This document shows, piece after piece, positions 1 to 12,268 of a DNA stretch of 54,839 nt (the first letter of the stretch is position 1; each line of letters begins with the position of its first letter). The DNA is taken from contig MCFE01000595.1 in NCBI GenBank assembly GCA_002104905.1, forward strand, positions 1-54,839. Direction: 5' to 3'. The notes beneath the pieces are model-generated. The model ran no database searches and was not told the origin of the DNA. It saw only the letters and a list, made by a program, of their open reading frames with translations. Origin of the DNA: Basidiobolus meristosporus CBS 931.73. Its lineage: Eukaryota > Fungi > Basidiobolomycota. Position numbers and translations under genes: made by a program.

Positions 1-262
1 TGTCTTCTTGGTCAACACTCCAAACCCTAGCAAAGCAAGTGAGTGTCAATTGGCAGGCGACTCGGTATGCTTGAAGGGAACATGCGGACAACTTACCATA
101 GTTGATGTGAGTGACCTTGTCCAGGCTCAGCTGCTCAGGCTCTACCTTTCCCCAGGGAACGTAGTATCCAACAATCACCTTGTCGTCAGCTGCCGAGCAC
201 TCCAAAGGGGCAAAGAGCAGAGTAGCGGAGATAGTAGAGATCAAAAGGATGCTTAGCTTCAT
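1..262 (-). CDS. GH18 chitinase copy 1, 5' part only (exon 1 262-97, intron 96-27, exon 2 runs off the window)
   Basis: ATG at 262; signal peptide MKLSILLISTISATLLF and VTHINYG near-identical to copies 2-4; GTAAG...TAG 70-nt intron at the same offset. Confidence 0.9.
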   Translation of the reverse strand, partial: MKLSILLISTISATLLFAPLECSAADDKVIVGYYVPWGKVEPEQLSLDKVTHINYGKLSACSLQAYRVACQLTLTCFARVWSVDQED

Positions 263-309
263 CGTGTGCCTGCTTGAATGATAATAATAGTTGGAATCGT
301 CTTGTGTGG

Positions 310-316
310 TTATATA
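310..316 (-). promoter_or_regulatory. TATA-like box of chitinase copy 1
   Basis: TATATAA on the minus strand 48-54 nt upstream of the ATG, the same offset as in copies 2 and 4. Confidence 0.5.
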
Positions 317-1079
317 CCTTTTTTCTGGTGACTTTCTATGCCATACCCTGCGAAATCAGAATACAAGAATCATACTGCATCAGCGTGTAACATGGTAAAT
401 TCGGATACACAACATAAGGCAAATTCTCGACCATCGAGTTTTTTCCTAAATTGGATAAATTGACGATATTTGGAGCACCCCATTGCCCAATCCGACTATA
501 AATAATTGCCAATATTCACTTGGCCAAACGTTCATCTCAACACACCGATTCTGTAAATTCATTTGAAGAGATGTTCTCCAGCAGATTGTGTTTGGGCTTA
601 TTTGAACATCCGATGATGGGAAGGACTGTTTTGTGTGAGCGGTCTGTTAGACTTGAAGCTGTCTTATACTGTGATCTATGTGCTACCCGAAATGGGGAAA
701 ATATATTATCGTGTGATTTGGATTACTACTTCAGGCAGTAAGCACCTGACCCATAACTAGCCCATCGCCAGCCCAATGAATATTTGACTTGAATGTGGTT
801 CCACTGAGCCGAAGGTGGCACTCAGAACTAGAAGGTGCACTTCGTTTCCCCTAAGTAGTTTGAGCGCTCTTGAAATGTGAGGTATATACAATACTTGATA
901 ATCTATATTTCTTCCACATAAAATAAAATACCCCACTAAATAAGGCAAATATTTCCGATTCAAATGAATTTTAATTTGGCAGTTGGTGATCCAATACTCC
1001 AACCTTTGCCTGAAACAACAACAGGCAGAGCAAACTACATAAGTTATTTTGTTGGAATTCTGGTATATAAATCATGCAA

Positions 1080-2730
1080 TTAACACGCTCCCAGGTCAGT
1101 CCATACATTCTGGCTGTTACTTCCTGGAGTATCATTCTGAGTCCACCACTTGGCTTGCCACAAATGGCTCTTGTACACCGCCTTCTGTGCTGAGTTGTAT
1201 GCTGTGGCCGCATTCCAGTCAGCCACTCCATTGCAGATTCCTGGACCAGAGGTCGGGCTTGGGCTGCCGGAGGTGGCTGAGCCACTGGAGCTGGTCGATG
1301 GCACAGTGCTGGTGGGCTTCACAGTGTTGCTAGTAGCGGTGGTAGTGATGGTGGGTGCTGGTGTGTTGGTGGGCTGTGGGCATCCCGAGCCAGTGCAGCG
1401 GACTCCTTGGAGTACACTGAGTAGCTCGTCATTCGAGTCATGGCTCATATCCCAGTACATCACTCCACGAAGACCAGATTGCTTGGTGTAGTCGACCTTG
1501 ATCTTCAGGGACTGAGGATCGTCGTAGGAGATGAATCGCTTGTCGCTGGCTCTGAACAACCAGGGGGTCTGGGTGGTGTTGTCCCAGTAGCGGCTCCAGC
1601 CACTTGCGGGGGTGTTCACGCCAGATTGGAGAATGTCACTGCGGATGGACTTCCACTTCCAGATGCCGGAGTAGAATGTCCCTTCGTTGCAGAAGAAGTT
1701 GGGCTCGTTCGAGTCGTTCGAGTCTCCCTTGGGTGTCACACTGTCCTTGGAGGCATACATGTTGCCAGGGTTGGCGTTCATGTCGACGGTGGCGGTGAGT
1801 GAGCGGCCATAGAATGGCAATCCCATGACAAGCTTGTTGGCTGGCCATTTGGCCCCGAGCCAGTCGGTGATGGATTGACGGAATGAGTAGGCCTCTCCTC
1901 CCTTGGCCGTGTCATAGTCGAACGGGGCATTCGGCCCGGTGGTGGCTGACCACGAGCCCATGATGTCGTAGGCCATGACATTGATGAAGTCAAAGTATTG
2001 TGCGAATGAGGACACATCGGCCATGGGCTTGCCATCGGCCCCATCGAATGGCTGAACTCGAACAGCCGCGGTCAACAGCTTGTGCTCGTTGGGGAACTCG
2101 GCATCCAGCGCTGCTCTGAGCTCCTTCAGAAGGATCAGGTAGTTGGCGCTGTCGCTCTTGTCAACCACGTTACAGATGGCGGCATTTCTACCGGGGTACT
2201 CCCAGTCGATATCAATTCCATCAAGGTCCCACCCATCAGGGTTGGCATCGTAGTCAGGCTTTGTGTTCTTGCGCACAAACACAAGCGCGTTGTTGATGAA
2301 CTTCTTGCGCAACGCTGCATCCCTCACGACGGTGGAGAATGTCTGGCTGCCTGTCCACCCGCCCAGCGAGATGAGCGTCTTCACTCCCTTGGCACCTGCG
2401 AGTTGCTTCAGCTTGCGGATTCTGTTCCCGTCGTAGTATCTGTCAATGGTGATCTCGGTGGGGTCAGCTGTCTTCTTGGTCAACACTCCAAACCCTAGCA
2501 AAGCAAGTGAGTGTCAATTGGCAGGCGACTCGGTGTGCTTGAAGGGAACATGCGGTCAACTTACCATAGTTGATGTGAGTGACCTTGTCCAGGCTCAGCT
2601 GCTCAGGCTCTACCTTTCCCCAGGGAACGTAGTATCCAACAATCACCTTGTCGTCAGCTGCCGAGCACTCCAAAGGGGTAAAGAGCAGAGTAGCGGAGAT
2701 AGTAGAGATCAGAAGGATGCTTAACTTCAT
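1080..2730 (-). CDS. Secreted GH18 chitinase copy 2, 526 aa spliced (exon 1 2730-2565, intron 2564-2495, exon 2 2494-1080); GH18 domain + Ser/Thr/Pro linker + CBM5/12-type module
   Basis: Signal peptide; ISLGGW and DGIDIDWEYP (DxDxE) motifs; NVMAYD; GVMYWD; C-terminal WNAATAY...YKSHLWQAKWWTQ...VWTDLGAC; splicing restores HINYGFGVL in frame. Confidence 0.95.
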
Positions 2731-2777
2731 TGTTTGCCTACTTGGGTAATGATGACCGTCAACTGCTCTAACGGGGA

Positions 2778-2784
2778 TTTTATA
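2778..2784 (-). promoter_or_regulatory. TATA box of chitinase copy 2
   Basis: TATAAAA on the minus strand 48-54 nt upstream of ATG 2730. Confidence 0.55.
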
Positions 2785-3942
2785 GATTTTCAAGCGGATG
2801 TTACGTAGGTTTACCTGGCCAGGTACCTCCGATTGTTGGTGGGAACCTGGGTTTTACCTGACCTTATGATGGTAGCACCAACTCCGATATATCAATGAGT
2901 TGCATATCCTTTCCTAAACTGTGCAAATTGATAACTAATGGGGCAATGGACCGTTTTGGTCTAGTCAAAAAGGTATTTTTCATCTGGGAAATATCATTCG
3001 GACTCAATACTCATATGGCCTGCGGAGGGTGTATCTCTGTCTTGGCCAATTTTTATACTCTATGAATGATTCAACCAGGACTTTGAGAGGCGCCATTTCC
3101 AATCTGCTTATTGACCGAGCTGTTAATGAATAAAACTCTCTTGAAGGAATTCCGAATCTAAGCGCATGTACGTAGTTTCGATGAAGTCAGCGGTTAAAAG
3201 AAAAATTAAAGATATTCCGGATTACAGCCCACCTTGGTTTGCTTATGTGTGGGAGATCCCGATCTACTGTTGAAGTCAAAGGCACAAGAGCAGATTGATC
3301 TGGTAACCAGCCTTATTCTGACTAGGTATAACCAAATATGAAATGTCCGCTGAACGGTCTACCGGTCAAGTCTGGTATATGCGTTTAAAAACAGCAGCAG
3401 ATCATGTTTTGGATACAACGCACTTAGTAATTCGAGTATCAAAGTCTGTGCGACATTTCCATCGAAATCTCCTATTCCTTCCCAAAACTAGCTTCCCATA
3501 CGTATGCTTGGAGTATGACTAAGCATATAGGAGTATTTATGCCAGAGGGGCTTCGTAGATTATCGCAAATTGAAGTCAGTTGTGTTATGTTGCATTGGCA
3601 GCTTATCGTACCTACGCCACTATCGACAGGTTATGGCAGGCTTATACGGCCCATGAAAGGAGAATATAACTTCGAGCCATGAAGTGTACTGGGGGATTTC
3701 ATTTGGATAATATTGTAATTAATACTATTATTAGAAACTTAGGACGACGGGTAATCATAATAAGTAAAATAATCAGGATCGTTTCTTGCAATGCTGTAGG
3801 CTTGGTAAACCAACGGCTGGAACTCCGTTGCAATATCGATATAAGTGTGGAATGCAGCGAAATGAAGCTGGAAAGGTACAAAAAGTTAAACTTATTGGAA
3901 CCATTTTTGAAGTCACAATACCAAATCATAGTTTGAAAACTT

Positions 3943-5593
3943 TTAACATGCTCCAAGATCAGTCCATACATTCTGGCTGTTACTTCCTGGAGTATCATTC
4001 TGAGTCCACCACTTGGCTTGCCACAAATGGCTCTTGTACACCGCCTTCTGTGCTGAGTTGTATGCTGTGGCCGCATTCCAGTCAGCCACTCCATTGCAGA
4101 TTCCTGGACCAGAGGTAGGGCTTGGGCTGCCGGAGGTGGCTGAGCCACTGGAGCTGGTCGATGGCACAGTGCTGGTGGGCTTCACAGTGTTGCTAGTAGC
4201 GGTGGTAGTGATGGTGGGTGCTGGTGTGTTGGTGGGCTGTGGGCATCCCGAGCCAGTGCAGCGGACTCCTTGGAGTACACTGAGTAGCTCGTCATTCGAG
4301 TCATGGCTCATATCCCAGTACATCACTCCACGAAGACCAGATTGCTTGGTGTAGTCGACCTTGATCTTCAGGGACTGAGGATCGTCGTAGGAAATGAATC
4401 GCTTGTCACTGGCTCTGAACAACCAGGGGGTCTGGGTGGTGTTGTCCCAGTAGCGGCTCCAGCCACTTGCGGGGGTGTTCACGCCAGATTGGAGAATGTC
4501 ACTGCGGATGGACTTCCACTTCCAGATGCCGGAGTAGAATGTCCCTTCGTTGCAGAAGAAGTTGGGCTCGTTCGAGTCGTTCGAGTCTCCCTTGGGTGTC
4601 ACACTGTCCTTCGAGGCATACATATTGCCCGGGTTGGCGTTCATGTCGACGGTGGCGGTGAGTGAGCGGCCATAGAATGGCAATCCCATGACAAGCTTGT
4701 TGGCTGGCCATTTGGCCCCGAGCCAGTCGGTGATGGATTGACGGAATGAGTAGGCCTCTCCTCCCTTGGCCGTGTCATAGTCGAACGGGGCATTCGGCCC
4801 GGTGGTGGCTGACCACGAGCCCATGATGTCGTAGGCCATGACATTGATGAAGTCAAAGTATTGTGCGAATGCGGACACATCGGCCATGGGCTTGCCATCG
4901 GCCCCATCGAATGGCTGGACTCGAACAGCCGCGGTCAACAGCTTGTGCTCGTTGGGGAACTCGGCATCCAGTGCTGCTCTGAGCTCCTTCAGAAGGATCA
5001 GGTAGTTGGCGCTGTCGCTCTTGTCAACCACGTTACAGATGGCGGCATTTCTACCGGGGTACTCCCAGTCGATATCAATTCCATCAAGGTCCCACCCATC
5101 AGGGTTGGCATCGTAGTCAGGCTTTGTGTTCTTGCGCACAAACACAAGCGCGTTGTTGATGAACTTCTTGCGCAACGCTGCATCCCTCACGACGGTGGAG
5201 AATGTCTGGCTGCCTGTCCACCCGCCCAGCGAGATGAGCGTCTTCACTCCCTTGGCACCTGCGAGTTGCTTCAGCTTGCGGATTCTGTTCCCGTCGTAGT
5301 ATCTGTCAATGGTGATCTCGGTGGGGTCAGCTGTCTTCTTGGTCAACACTCCAAACCCTAGCAAAGCAAGTGAGTGTCAATTGGCGGGCGACTCGGTGTG
5401 CTTGAAGGGAACATGCGGACAACTTACCATAGTTGATGTGAGTGACCTTGTCCAGGCTCAGCTGCTCAGGCTCTACCTTTCCCCAAGGAACGTAGTATCC
5501 AACAATCACCTTGTCGTCAGCTGCCGAGCACTCCAAAGGGGCAAAGAGCAGAGTAGCGGAGATAGTAGAGATCAAAAGGATGCTTAGCTTCAT
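3943..5593 (-). CDS. Secreted GH18 chitinase copy 3 (intron 5427-5358)
   Basis: Same structure and motifs as copy 2 at offset +2863; exon 2 protein differs only by DVSAF vs DVSSF; alternative ATG at 5596. Confidence 0.95.
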
Positions 5594-5638
5594 CATTCAC
5601 CTGTTAGATAATGATATTCACTAGTCTACTTCTTCAGA

Positions 5639-5645
5639 TTTTATA
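5639..5645 (-). promoter_or_regulatory. TATA box of chitinase copy 3
   Basis: TATAAAA on the minus strand 46-52 nt upstream of ATG 5593. Confidence 0.5.
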
Positions 5646-6723
5646 CTCATGCTCTCTCTGATATTATTTTATGATCTTTTACAAAGGTCTTCAAGCCCGT
5701 TTGTTACTCCAATTGAAAGCATTGAATAGGGTATCATTAGCTTAAGCGTGAGGAAACATGAAGTGTAACAATCATGAATATGCCGTGAATCCTCCCAAAA
5801 CGTGCATATTGGTGACTAATAAAGAATTACCATATAAGACTAGCATATAATAGCGGGCGTAACATACAACACACGTGCCCTAGTCCACATTGGAATGGGT
5901 AGTGATCTTGATAGAGTACCAAGACGTAAGTGACTCTATATTGAATATACGCTGTAATATTCCGTACAGCCTCCCACTTAATGATCAGCAAGTTGTTGAT
6001 TTTCGGGCGTTAGAAACCTGATTACTCCGGTGCTTCTGTGATTCTAGCGTTAAAAAGTATACTCTGTGACACTCAAACTTCATCAATATGCACTAAAGCA
6101 TTGATCTAATGTCTACCTCGACTGAGACCTGCTTCAGCCAAAGGTACTCGACTCACTTACCAGTTTAACTCAATAAAGGACTAATTGGCACTGTTATCGA
6201 TTGATACAGGATGAGTAAGGTTAGGTAACGGGCACCGTGATCTCATTTGACTATTCGACCAGTACTTCATAATTTCCGACCTTTTTTAGCCAGAAATTGG
6301 CTTCCGACACTGCAAATGATGCAATTGTAAGCTGTTCGATGGAATGCAAACTAAACTGAAACCCAGAATAACCATCTTCGCACTTCTGTGGCACCTATCG
6401 CCTACTGGCTTACATCTTAATGATTTGAACACACCACACCAATTCTTCAAATCATTGGCATTGCGCCTTGCCGTTGAAAAGCTACGCATTGAATAATAGC
6501 CAACAATACTGCTGGAGGAGCAATAAGTGAATGGAACTGGACTTAAGCAGACATCTCAATTGGCATTTTAGAGGTATCAAGTAACGATACCATCTCATGT
6601 AGAGATATATTCACGAATAGGTGGCGTAATTCAAAAAAATTAATGGAGGTATATCAAGTGAATACTTTTAATAATATGCCGAATTATCAACTTATGAGAA
6701 TATTTAATATCTATGAATTGTAA

Positions 6724-8374
6724 TTAACAAGCCCCAAGGTCAGCCCACACATTCTGGCTGTTGCTGCCTGGAGTTTCATTCTGAGTCCACCACTTGGCTT
6801 GCCACAAATGGCTCTTGTACACCGCCTTCTGTGCTGAGTTGTATGCTGTGGCCGCATTCCAGTCAGCCACTCCATTGCAGATTCCTGGACCAGAGGTCGG
6901 GCTTGGGCTGCTGGAGGTGGCTGAGCCACTGGAGCTGGTCGATGGCACAGTGCTGGTGGGCTTCACAGTGTTGCTAGTAGCGGTGGTAGTGATGGTGGGT
7001 GCTGGTGTGTTGGTGGGCTGTGGGCATCCCGAGCCAGTGCAGCGGACTCCTTGGAGTACACTGAGTAGCTCGTCATTCGAGTCATGGCTCATATCCCAGT
7101 ACATCACTCCACGAAGACCAGATTGCTTGGTGTAGTCGACCTTGATCTTCAGGGACTGAGGATCGTCGTAGGAGATGAATCGCTTGTCGCTGGCTCTGAA
7201 CAACCAGGGGGTCTGGGTGGTGTTGTCCCAGTAGCGGCTCCAGCCACTTGCGGGGGTGTTCACACCGGATTGGAGAATGTCACTGCGGATGGACTTCCAC
7301 TTCCAGATGCCGGAGTAGAATGTCCCTTCGTTGCAGAAGAAGTTGGGCTCGTTCGAGTCGTTCGAGTCTCCCTTGGGTGTCACGCTATCCTTCGAGGCAT
7401 ACATGTTGCCAGGGTTGGCGTTCATGTCGACAGTGGCGGTGAGTGAGCGGCCATAGAATGGCAATCCCATGACAAGCTTGTTGGCTGGCCATTTGGCCCC
7501 GAGCCAGTCGGTGATGGATTGACGGAATGAGTAGGCCTCTCCTCCCTTGGCCGTGTCATAGTCGAACGGGGCATTCGGCCCGGTGGTGGCTGACCACGAG
7601 CCCATGATGTCGTAGGCCATGACATTGATGAAGTCAAAGTATTGTGCGAATGCGGACACATCGGCCATGGGCTTGCCATCGGCCCCATCAAATGGCTGGA
7701 CTCGAACAGCCGCGGTCAACAGCTTGTGCTCGTTGGGGAACTCGGCATCCAGTGCTGCTCTGAGCTCCTTCAGAAGGATCAGGTAGTTGGCGCTGTCGCT
7801 CTTGTCAACCACGTTACAGATGGCGGCATTTCTACCGGGGTACTCCCAGTCGATATCAATTCCATCAAGGTCCCACCCATCAGGGTTGGCATCGTAGTCA
7901 GGCTTTGTGTTCTTGCGCACAAACACAAGCGCGTTGTTGATGAACTTCTTGCGCAACGCTGCATCCCTCACGACGGTGGAGAATGTCTGACTGCCTGTCC
8001 ACCCGCCCAGCGAGATGAGCGTCTTCACTCCCTTGGCACCTGCGAGTTGCTTCAGCTTGCGGATTCTGTTCCCGTCGTAGTATCTGTCAATGGTGATCTC
8101 GGTGGGGTCAGCTGTCTTCTTGGTCAACACTCCAAACCCTAGCAAAGCAAGTGAGTGTCAATTGGCAGGCGACTCGGTGTGCTTGAAGGGAACATGCGGA
8201 CAACTTACCATAGTTGATGTGAGTGACCTTGTCCAGGCTCAGCTGCTCAGGCTCTACCTTTCCCCAAGGAACGTAGTATCCAACAATCACCTTGTCGTCA
8301 GCTGCCGAGCACTCCAAAGGGGCAAAGAGCAGAGTAGCGGAGATAGTAGAGATCAAAAGGATGCTTAGCTTCAT
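6724..8374 (-). CDS. Secreted GH18 chitinase copy 4 (intron 8208-8139)
   Basis: Same structure at offset +5644 from copy 2; few substitutions (ATSSS, QNETP, VWADLG). Confidence 0.95.
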
Positions 8375-8421
8375 TTTGCGCCTTCCGGGATAATGGTGAT
8401 TACTCGTACTCTTTCTTGTGG

Positions 8422-8428
8422 TTTTATA
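8422..8428 (-). promoter_or_regulatory. TATA box of chitinase copy 4
   Basis: TATAAAA on the minus strand 48-54 nt upstream of ATG 8374. Confidence 0.55.
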
Positions 8429-9649
8429 CTTTTTCTAACTTTATCACTCTAGTGATCCACGTGGTGGTTCTGGTGAACTCAGCACCCGTACTTGGCGACA
8501 CTACATTTAATACTTTCACATCCTTTCCCAAAGCGTATAAATTGTTGACAATTGGGGAAGTAAGCATTTGTAAAAATCGAAGATTTAGTTGATCCATTTC
8601 GCTTCGAAGTAATATAGTGAATGCAGGAATACATACCGGATATGACGTCTGCTATAACTTTCTTTAGCGTGGTTGTCTCCCGTTGATTAATCCGAAACCG
8701 GGATGACTGGCAACCGTACGGAGGGGTAGATAGATGTTTGAACCTCATTCGAACAATGGAGTAGAAAGTTTGGTAAATCATTTACTTGTATGGCTTAGAA
8801 TATATATTATGGGTATTCTAAAGTGAAACTGTGCTACCTGCATGGAACATGTAACTCAATGCCGTCTAGGGTAAGAACGGCAAGGAAAGCTATTAGATGT
8901 ATCGATCAGACCGCCTTCCCTCCCCATTCACATAAAAATGTCCGCTTGATTAGAAACCGGATTTATTTCATACAAGTACTAATCGAATTTGCTGGCCAAG
9001 AAATTCAGGTTACGAAGTTACGTAGTTTTCTAATCCAATTTAAGTTTAACTGCAATTGACGAAATTGGTGACCCGACCCAGAGTTGCGGTTTGGATGAAT
9101 AAGACATGCTTCCAGGTGTCCTAGTGTTGGCTATTTTCGGAATAAAAGCAAATGGACGCTACTCCGTGCTTACCTGATCTTTAGTTATGCATCCATAAGG
9201 TTCTTCCGAACGCATCAATACCCAGTACCCCAGCAAGTGCTAACCAAATCTACCTCGCTCTCACCTCTATTGGCCTAGCATTGACTGTGTTACCCTCTAC
9301 ACAATTTTATCTTAGGGCTCTAATGGCGTTTTACTGGGTTTACTGCCAAATAATGTCAAAAACATGATGGTATTGGAACAGTCTTTTGGCAAGAATTGCA
9401 TGGCATTTTGATGGTCTTATTGCGGTCCGCATTTATTTGAGCAGATCTAACTGGCCAATACATCCCATTGCCTTATATAGAAAGAAACTTGACAGTGTTT
9501 TGATGGCCTCTTTGTGGACCTCTGTTGGCATTATAATGGCAGTATGGTGGCCTACAGTTAGTTCTGTATAATACTACCATACCAATATACCAAATGGTAT
9601 TTCCTTTTTCTACCTCCCCTTGCACCATTTACATATTCCAGTCATGCTT

Positions 9650-10405
9650 ACTAACCTCTACTTACATGCACACCTGCTGCAATTGACACACTTCTATCAC
9701 CTCAACTTTACAGCTTTTCTGTGTAATACTTGCAAAGTGGCCATATACCTTTTATTGCTGGTAACATATACATCCTGCAAACATATGGTTGGTTGCCACT
9801 GCTTATGTCATGAATATCTATGAAGTTGGGATTTGGCTTAAGCCTGAATCCTCAAGTACTTTCTTGGCCACATTGCCTCTTTTACAGCCTTCTAGGCTTC
9901 CATATACCCTGTCTCTTGGGTGGAAACAACCATGGCTAGTTGCATTCTTGAAGTTCATGAAATTGCTCCTTAACAGTAAAATAAAGTGTATCCTGTGGTG
10001 GATCTTCAGTGTTCTAAATTCTGTCCCCAGTCTGCATCAGAGTAGCCCAAAAAATTGTATTCTGAATCCTTATTGGTATATCTTAATCAGATTGCAGCAG
10101 TTCCTTTAAGGTATCTGAAAATCTCCTCAACAGTTGCAATATGATCCAATTCATAGTTCTGATTATGTTAGCTGGCAACTCCCACTGAATGTGAAATACC
10201 AGGATATGTTCCTAGCATGCTATATATCACACTCCCACTTGTAAACTGGTAAGGGAAGTATGGACTTTCAGATGACACTAAGCTCTCTTGATTTGATAGA
10301 GTTTTGACCAATTCAAGGTTTGCCTCCATTGATGTAGCTGCCAGTTTACAGTCTTCCATTTAGTACTTATTAAGTATATGTTAACATGCCTGAGCTGGCT
10401 AAATC
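9650..10405 (-). mobile_element. Ty1/copia relic: RT C-terminal part and RNase H, with many stops (boundaries approximate)
   Basis: Minus-strand translation gives MEDCKLAATSME..PY..GSVIY..IFRYLKGT..LGYSDADW..RSTTGY..GAIS..AVKEAMW, the copia RT-RNase H succession. Confidence 0.8.
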
Positions 10406-10421
10406 ACTAATCAACTGCAAA

Positions 10422-11050
10422 TCACCTTGATGCAAATGGGTCTTCAAGACAAAATACAAGGCTGAAGGTACAACTGAAAGATACAAGGCAAGACTTGTGG
10501 CCAAAGGATGCTCTCACACAAAAGGACTGGTCTACAATGAAACCTTTGCACTGGTAGCCAAGTTTAATTTCATTGGATTCATATTGACTATTGCAGCCAA
10601 ATATAGGTTTTTTGCTCACCAAATGGATGTCAGAGCTGCATACATGAGTGAGGAACTTGATGAGGATGGTTGCATGGGCCAGACTGATGGGTTTACTGAC
10701 CAAGATAACCCCAATTTGTTCTGCAAGCTCAAAGTACTTTTCTATGGGGCTTTAACAATCACAAAGAGCCTGGACATGCAAGATAGATTTGTGTTTAAAA
10801 TTCCTGTGTTTCCCAAGATGTGTGGCTGACTATTGTATCTACTATATGCTGGATGGAGCAAATCCAGCATTATTAGCTCTATATGTGGATGATGTTATTA
10901 TGGCCACCAATAACCAACAAACATTGAAAGTGACAAAATCCAACATATATAAGGAGCTCAAGATGTCTGATCTAAGAGTGCTGAGTTACTGCTTGTGGAT
11001 ACAATTCTTCATAGACAGAAATCCTCAGACTGTTGCATTTGGCCAAGTCC
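10422..11050 (+). mobile_element. Ty1/copia relic: RT core (RVT_2 type), frameshifted
   Basis: CKWVFKTK..RYKARLVAKG..NETFA..HQMDV..ALYVDDVIM motifs. Confidence 0.9.
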
Positions 11051-11210
11051 CCAGTTTGATTTTCCATGAGAGCCTGATATTTCTCAGTCACTCTGGATCT
11101 CCAAAACCTTGTCTGAGGGCTATCAAGGGCCTCATGTACTGTCTATGATTCATCAATATGCACTGAATATGTGTAGGCTAAGTTTGTACCCTCATTGATA
11201 TAATAGTTTG

Positions 11211-11559
11211 TCTAGTAAGAGTTCTTGGAGATATTGGAAGTGATTGGGAGAACAAGAAGATTATGGGGTTTTCTCTCAATGATTGACTGAATTTAAGAGT
11301 AATGTTTATACTTTGACATGGTCTTGGCAGAAAAAACACATACAATATGCTTAGGAAGACCTCAAGTGCATGTGTGCAAAGTTTGGGGCTGTTTGGACAA
11401 CTTATCAAAAGTTCATGTACTGGGAAACTGATGTTTTAGTGAAAATATTCCAAGTAAATCCCAACAAGGAGTTTTTGCAGTGCTCTCTAAGATTTGTAGA
11501 CAATGATCCAAGTGACTAAGTTAGGTGAGTATTGAGGTGTAAGTACAAAATTTACAACA
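11211..11559. repeat. LTR-like element of about 350 bp
   Basis: Ends in TTTACAACA; its left ~60 bp and right ~160 bp recur at 48015-48074 (same strand) and 48075-48235 (inverted); related copies begin TGTT(G/A)TAAGAG; CpG depletion stops at its right end. Confidence 0.55.
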
Positions 11560-12268
11560 GCATCCGCTACATGTCAAGTCATGCCAGAGGGCTGCGCTAT
11601 AACAGGACCTTGGGAAGGATTGGAAGTGACATTGAAAATATAGAAGCTGGTTTGTTGGATGGAAATCAAATCTCATTCACTTTATGTGGAACCTTGCAAA
11701 AGCAATGATACAAATGGTTTCGGACCGGGTTGAGAATTTGACCCCTTTTCCAGGACTTCCCCGATTCCAAGAATCTCCTGTAGCTTCCAGGTCTCTATCA
11801 GCCCAACAATTTGGCAAATCCAAGCTAAGCCTCATGTCAACCTTCAAATTTCCACGATCGACCACGTGACAACTCCGAAGACCTGAATAATTTAGGGGTG
11901 TGGGGCTGAACAACACAACAAACACTACCGCCAAGGTCTGACATACATTTCCAACGCACTGACCACCCTGGTGAGTCGTTTATCACATGGAACTTTGGCA
12001 TGCTTCGTTGGCGTTCCCACCGTTTCCATATGGTGGCATGATGGTATTCCAGCACCTTCCATTTCACTTGACGACGTTGGGGTCCACAGGCAGGGGCAAA
12101 CTTTGGAACTTAGCCCAGTAATGGTCTAGAAATAGGGGACACCTTGTGGGGGATGGAGATTGGGAAACGGAGATCATGGAACACGAATTTATTGAAGTCC
12201 TTGGGCGGGATGGGTATTCGAAGGGTGACAGTGACGGTGGATGATTAAAGCCTGGCGGCTAGCTGCCA

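Noticed and set aside
2812-2825. Perfect 14-bp palindrome TACCTGGCCAGGTA upstream of chitinase copy 2
   Set aside because: Not seen upstream of the other copies; a single occurrence cannot be told from chance.
1049-8368. Repeated plus-strand ORFs (113, 120, 138/166, 92 aa) and short alternative minus-strand ORFs inside the chitinase copies
   Set aside because: Antisense or alternate-frame shadows of GC-rich coding sequence; they repeat only because the genes repeat.
11580-12260. Short ORFs between the LTR-like element and ptrB
   Set aside because: No recognisable motifs; I could not build a gene model.
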